DNA of 64,000 bases. Origin: a virus. A program made the position numbers and the translations under genes. Positions 63,741 through 64,000 of the stretch are shown here, one piece after another; position 1 is the first letter of the stretch, and each line of letters starts with the position of its first letter. The stretch lies in IMG/VR virus record IMGVR_UViG_3300025381_000009, one strand, 5' to 3'. Under the pieces are notes generated by a model. That model saw only the letters and a list, made by a program, of their open reading frames with translations, had not been told where the DNA came from and ran no database searches.

Positions 63741-64000
63741 TCTGTTAGTCCATGTAATCTAAGTATTTCTTTGGATTGTGGATTTTTTGGATTTGACCTA
63801 GCCCATTGAATAGCTATTTCATCCAGATCAACTGGTTTTGATCCTTTAGGTGGCTCAGCCACTAACTTCTCAGCACGAATCTTGTGCTCATTCATAATTT
63901 TATTTATTTGATCCAATGTTTTGTCAAATGCAGCCTTGGACATTTCAGGTTTAAGCGAACCATATAGCGCAGACAATTTTTCTCCCTCAAGATTAGACAA
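63737..64000 (-). CDS. 3' end of gp20-like ejection protein (copy B), truncated by window edge
   Basis: LYGSL.P.MSK.AFD.TLD and W A..NP..P.SK.IL match the C-terminus of 11449..12906. Confidence 0.75.
   Translation of the reverse strand: MSNLEGEKLSALYGSLKPEMSKAAFDKTLDQINKIMNEHKIRAEKLVAEPPKGSKPVDLDEIAIQWARSNPKNPQSKEILRLHGLTE

Larger units (their letters stand above)
56081..64000. repeat. Diverged second copy of positions 1-~11.7 kb
   Basis: Same gene order and homologous proteins; nt 1 aligns to 56081, nt 9734 to 62025. Confidence 0.95.

Noticed and set aside
56081-64000. Terminal redundancy / circular overlap of a single genome
   Set aside because: The repeat is diverged, with gene-content differences and non-homologous segments; true terminal repeats or assembly overlaps would be essentially identical.
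1-64000. Integrase/att sites, tRNA genes, inteins or introns
   Set aside because: No tyrosine or serine recombinase motifs, no cloverleaf recognised, and helicase, terminase and capsid ORFs are uninterrupted and of normal size. This was by eye only; tRNAscan-SE and HMM searches were not run.

Overview
The whole window is tailed-phage DNA with no recognisable host genes. It has podovirus-like architecture: terS/terL, portal, scaffold, HK97-type capsid, adaptor/nozzle, fibres, P22-like ejection proteins, and no tape measure or sheath. It covers slightly more than one genome length. Positions 1-~11.7 kb (copy A) recur as a clearly diverged, non-identical homologue at ~56.1-64 kb (copy B): the replication/recombination block, the divergent control region, the rightward early operon and the last ejection genes. 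The early region has a Cro-like HTH but no CI and no integrase. It also has a DUF1376 replication initiator with iterons, a DnaB-like helicase, RusA, an SSB, a PD-(D/E)XK nuclease and, in copy A only, a C5 DNA methyltransferase. Best novel signals: (1) a hydrophobic-x-x-Gly-Gly motif that punctuates four otherwise unrelated late proteins at apparent module boundaries, suggesting a GG-directed polyprotein-processing system, with a repeated MRHE tag in the 1,902-aa protein; (2) a C4/CI-like structured RNA upstream of the initiator whose loop co-varies between copies A and B with two sites just upstream of the start codon; (3) arrays of mini-genes joined by a shared 19-21-nt RBS/stop/start junction; (4) a TTAACT-N3-AGTTAA palindrome at several promoter-like sites; (5) a Cys-rich, almost acid-free ejection protein. 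All product calls come from motif recognition by eye; no database searches were run. A freshwater betaproteobacterial host is only a guess.
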